Assembly: GCA_026394815.1 (NCBI GenBank)
Contig: JAPLZX010000022.1
Location: forward strand, 1-42,571
DNA length: 42,571 nt
DNA from: Candidatus Zambryskiibacteriota bacterium
GTDB lineage: Bacteria; Patescibacteriota; Minisyncoccia; Phycocordibacterales; DATDWN01
Direction of reading: 5' to 3'
In this document: positions 40,988 to 42,571 of the stretch, piece by piece
Layout of the letters: the number at the start of each line of letters is the position of its first letter
Position numbering within the stretch: position 1 is the first letter of the stretch
Notes under the pieces: generated by a model
Told to the model about the DNA's origin: nothing
The model's database searches: none
The model's input: only the letters and a program-made list of their open reading frames with translations
Program-made: the position numbers and the translations under genes

Positions 40988-41764
40988 TTATAAATTATTT
41001 TCAATATCAAAATCTCCTATATTAGTTCTTTTTATGTAAAAAGTCGTTGCTGTGGCATCAAAAGTGTCCGAAAAATCTGATACAAATTGACGAACATAAA
41101 AACCACTTGAAACAGTCATTGAAATTTGGTCAATAATAAATTCTTTTTCTAAATTATTAATCAATAATTCTATCCACTTATTTAATATTTCTTTTTGTCT
41201 AAAATCACCAATAACCGATTTAATTTTTGATTTAACATCATTTAATAAATCACTCCCAAACATAGTTCTGCGAGAAACATGGTTCGCATCAAAAATCTCA
41301 ACCTCATGACTTGGAATTTCAATTTCATGAAGTTTTCCACTTCTTGCCCATTCCAAAAGAGGCAAACCATTAACCGGTCTTGATGAATAAGCCGGATATT
41401 TTTGTTCAAATTTTCCAAGTGATTTTTCTAATGCTTTTTTTATTTCTATTGTTGTCGGAATACTTATTTCTTTATTAGAAACCATTCCGAGCACATCTAG
41501 AGTGTCTGTAGAAAAACCCCAAAGTGTTTCGAATATGTACGTTTTTTTTAATTCCAGATATTTGTCCTTTTCCTTTATTTCATCTCCCGATAAAACTAAA
41601 AGCAGGCCTTCAGCCAAGGGGTCAAGACGTCCTGCGTAAGTCATTGGAACGACAGAATACTCAGGATTTTCCTTCTTAAACCTCATAACGCACTGATTGG
41701 GCGTTTCTCCTAGGTTTTTATATAGTAAATGGACTGTATTACTATTTGCACTATTTTTTTCCAT
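40988..41764 (-). CDS. truB: tRNA pseudouridine synthase (TruB family)
   Basis: YAGRLDPLAEGLLLVL and KTYIFETLWGFSTDTLDVLG match the TruB catalytic and K.Y...G..TDT.D motifs. Confidence 0.75.
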   Translation of the reverse strand: MEKNSANSNTVHLLYKNLGETPNQCVMRFKKENPEYSVVPMTYAGRLDPLAEGLLLVLSGDEIKEKDKYLELKKTYIFETLWGFSTDTLDVLGMVSNKEISIPTTIEIKKALEKSLGKFEQKYPAYSSRPVNGLPLLEWARSGKLHEIEIPSHEVEIFDANHVSRRTMFGSDLLNDVKSKIKSVIGDFRQKEILNKWIELLINNLEKEFIIDQISMTVSSGFYVRQFVSDFSDTFDATATTFYIKRTNIGDFDIENNL

Positions 41765-41789
41765 ATATTCTGATACAATAACCTATAAC

Positions 41790-42571
41790 ATGAATATTTC
41801 AAAATTGAGTACAGAATGTTATAAAGGTGTCAGAGATTTCTATCCCGAAGACATGGCCGTCCAAAATTACATTTTTAATGTCTGGAAAAAAACAGCAGAA
41901 GGTTTCGGGTATCAAGAATACAGCGCCTCAATACTGGAACCGGCAGAGTTATACCGAGCAAAGTCCGGAGAGGAGATTGTAAATGAACAAATGTTTACTT
42001 TTACTGACCGTGGTGAACGTGAGGTTGCACTTCGTCCGGAAATGACACCCACATTGGCACGTATGATTGCAGCAAAACGAAAATCTCTTAAATTTCCACT
42101 TAGATGGTTCTCTATTCCAAATGTCTTTCGTTATGAGAAACCACAACGTGGTCGCAGACGCGAGCACTGGCAACTTAACTGTGACGTTATGGGAATTTCA
42201 GGAATTGAAGCTGATGTTGAAATAATTTCTCTCGCGCACGCTATTATGAAAAGTTTTGGCGCAAAGGATGAAGATTTCCAAATCTGTGTAAATGACCGAG
42301 TACTTCTGAATGAAAAGTTTGGTAATCAAGATTTGATTAAGCTACTTGATCACAAAGACAAAATGTCAGCTGATGAATTCGCACAAAAGTGGCTTGAGGT
42401 TTCGGGAAAAGAATTTGACACCAATATCACACCAAATGAAACAATTAGTGAACTTTTAAAAAAACTTAATGAACGAGGGGTGCAAAATGCTGTATTCACT
42501 CCAACCATCACTCGCGGTTTTGATTACTACACAGGTATGGTTTTTGAAGTTTTTGACACTAATCCAGAAAA
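41790..42571 (+). CDS. hisS: histidine--tRNA ligase, 3'-partial (runs off the window; absent from the ORF track)
   Basis: Hand translation gives MNISKLSTECYKGVRDFYPEDM...ALRPEMTPTLARM...RWFSIPNVFRYEKPQRGRRREHWQLNCDVMG, which contains class II HisRS motifs. Confidence 0.9.
   Translation, partial: MNISKLSTECYKGVRDFYPEDMAVQNYIFNVWKKTAEGFGYQEYSASILEPAELYRAKSGEEIVNEQMFTFTDRGEREVALRPEMTPTLARMIAAKRKSLKFPLRWFSIPNVFRYEKPQRGRRREHWQLNCDVMGISGIEADVEIISLAHAIMKSFGAKDEDFQICVNDRVLLNEKFGNQDLIKLLDHKDKMSADEFAQKWLEVSGKEFDTNITPNETISELLKKLNERGVQNAVFTPTITRGFDYYTGMVFEVFDTNPE

Noticed and set aside
711-42173. Remaining short track ORFs nested inside or antisense to the large conserved CDSs (for example 711..911, 1132..1326, 7126..7338, 13203..13610, 23813..24124, 39922..40260, 41949..42173)
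   Set aside because: Each lies within a confidently identified gene on another frame or strand, with no independent signals. ORF 41949..42173 is antisense to hisS.

Overview
This 42.6-kb window is mostly a low-GC, gene-dense bacterial chromosome. A hand count of one 60-nt line gives 32% GC at 7321-7380. The gene content looks like a reduced Patescibacteria/CPR-type genome, but that placement is an inference. All product calls rest on motif recognition in the translated ORFs, because no database search was possible.

The core genes include a dcw cluster (mraZ-rsmH-ftsL-like-ftsI-murF) and a rod-shape cluster (mreB-mreC-mreD-like-mrdA) plus a second mreB paralog. The translation and housekeeping genes are lysS, greA, proS, rseP, frr, holB-like, priA-like, def(pseudo)-fmt, hpf, typA, truB and hisS (3' partial, missing from the ORF track). 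Two tRNAs are present, Glu-CUC and Asn-GUU.

Four things stand out:
1. A dozen or more short GC-rich patches (hand counts 52-62% GC) are embedded in the AT-rich backbone. Most are self-contained cassettes with a near-consensus sigma70-type promoter, a strong SD, a small ORF and a GC-rich hairpin terminator. Others are ORF-less, strongly structured elements.
2. Two inverted copies of a ~108-bp element with terminal inverted repeats bracket def-fmt-hpf and supply the ATG of both flanking genes.
3. The def gene has lost its catalytic EGCLS motif and is frameshifted.
4. Decayed direct repeats of the tRNA-Asn 3' end at 31391 and 33564 delimit two tandem integrase-less islands. A separate 2.5-kb GC-rich island abuts the 3' end of tRNA-Glu.

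No CRISPR array, rRNA, transposase or integrase gene was seen.
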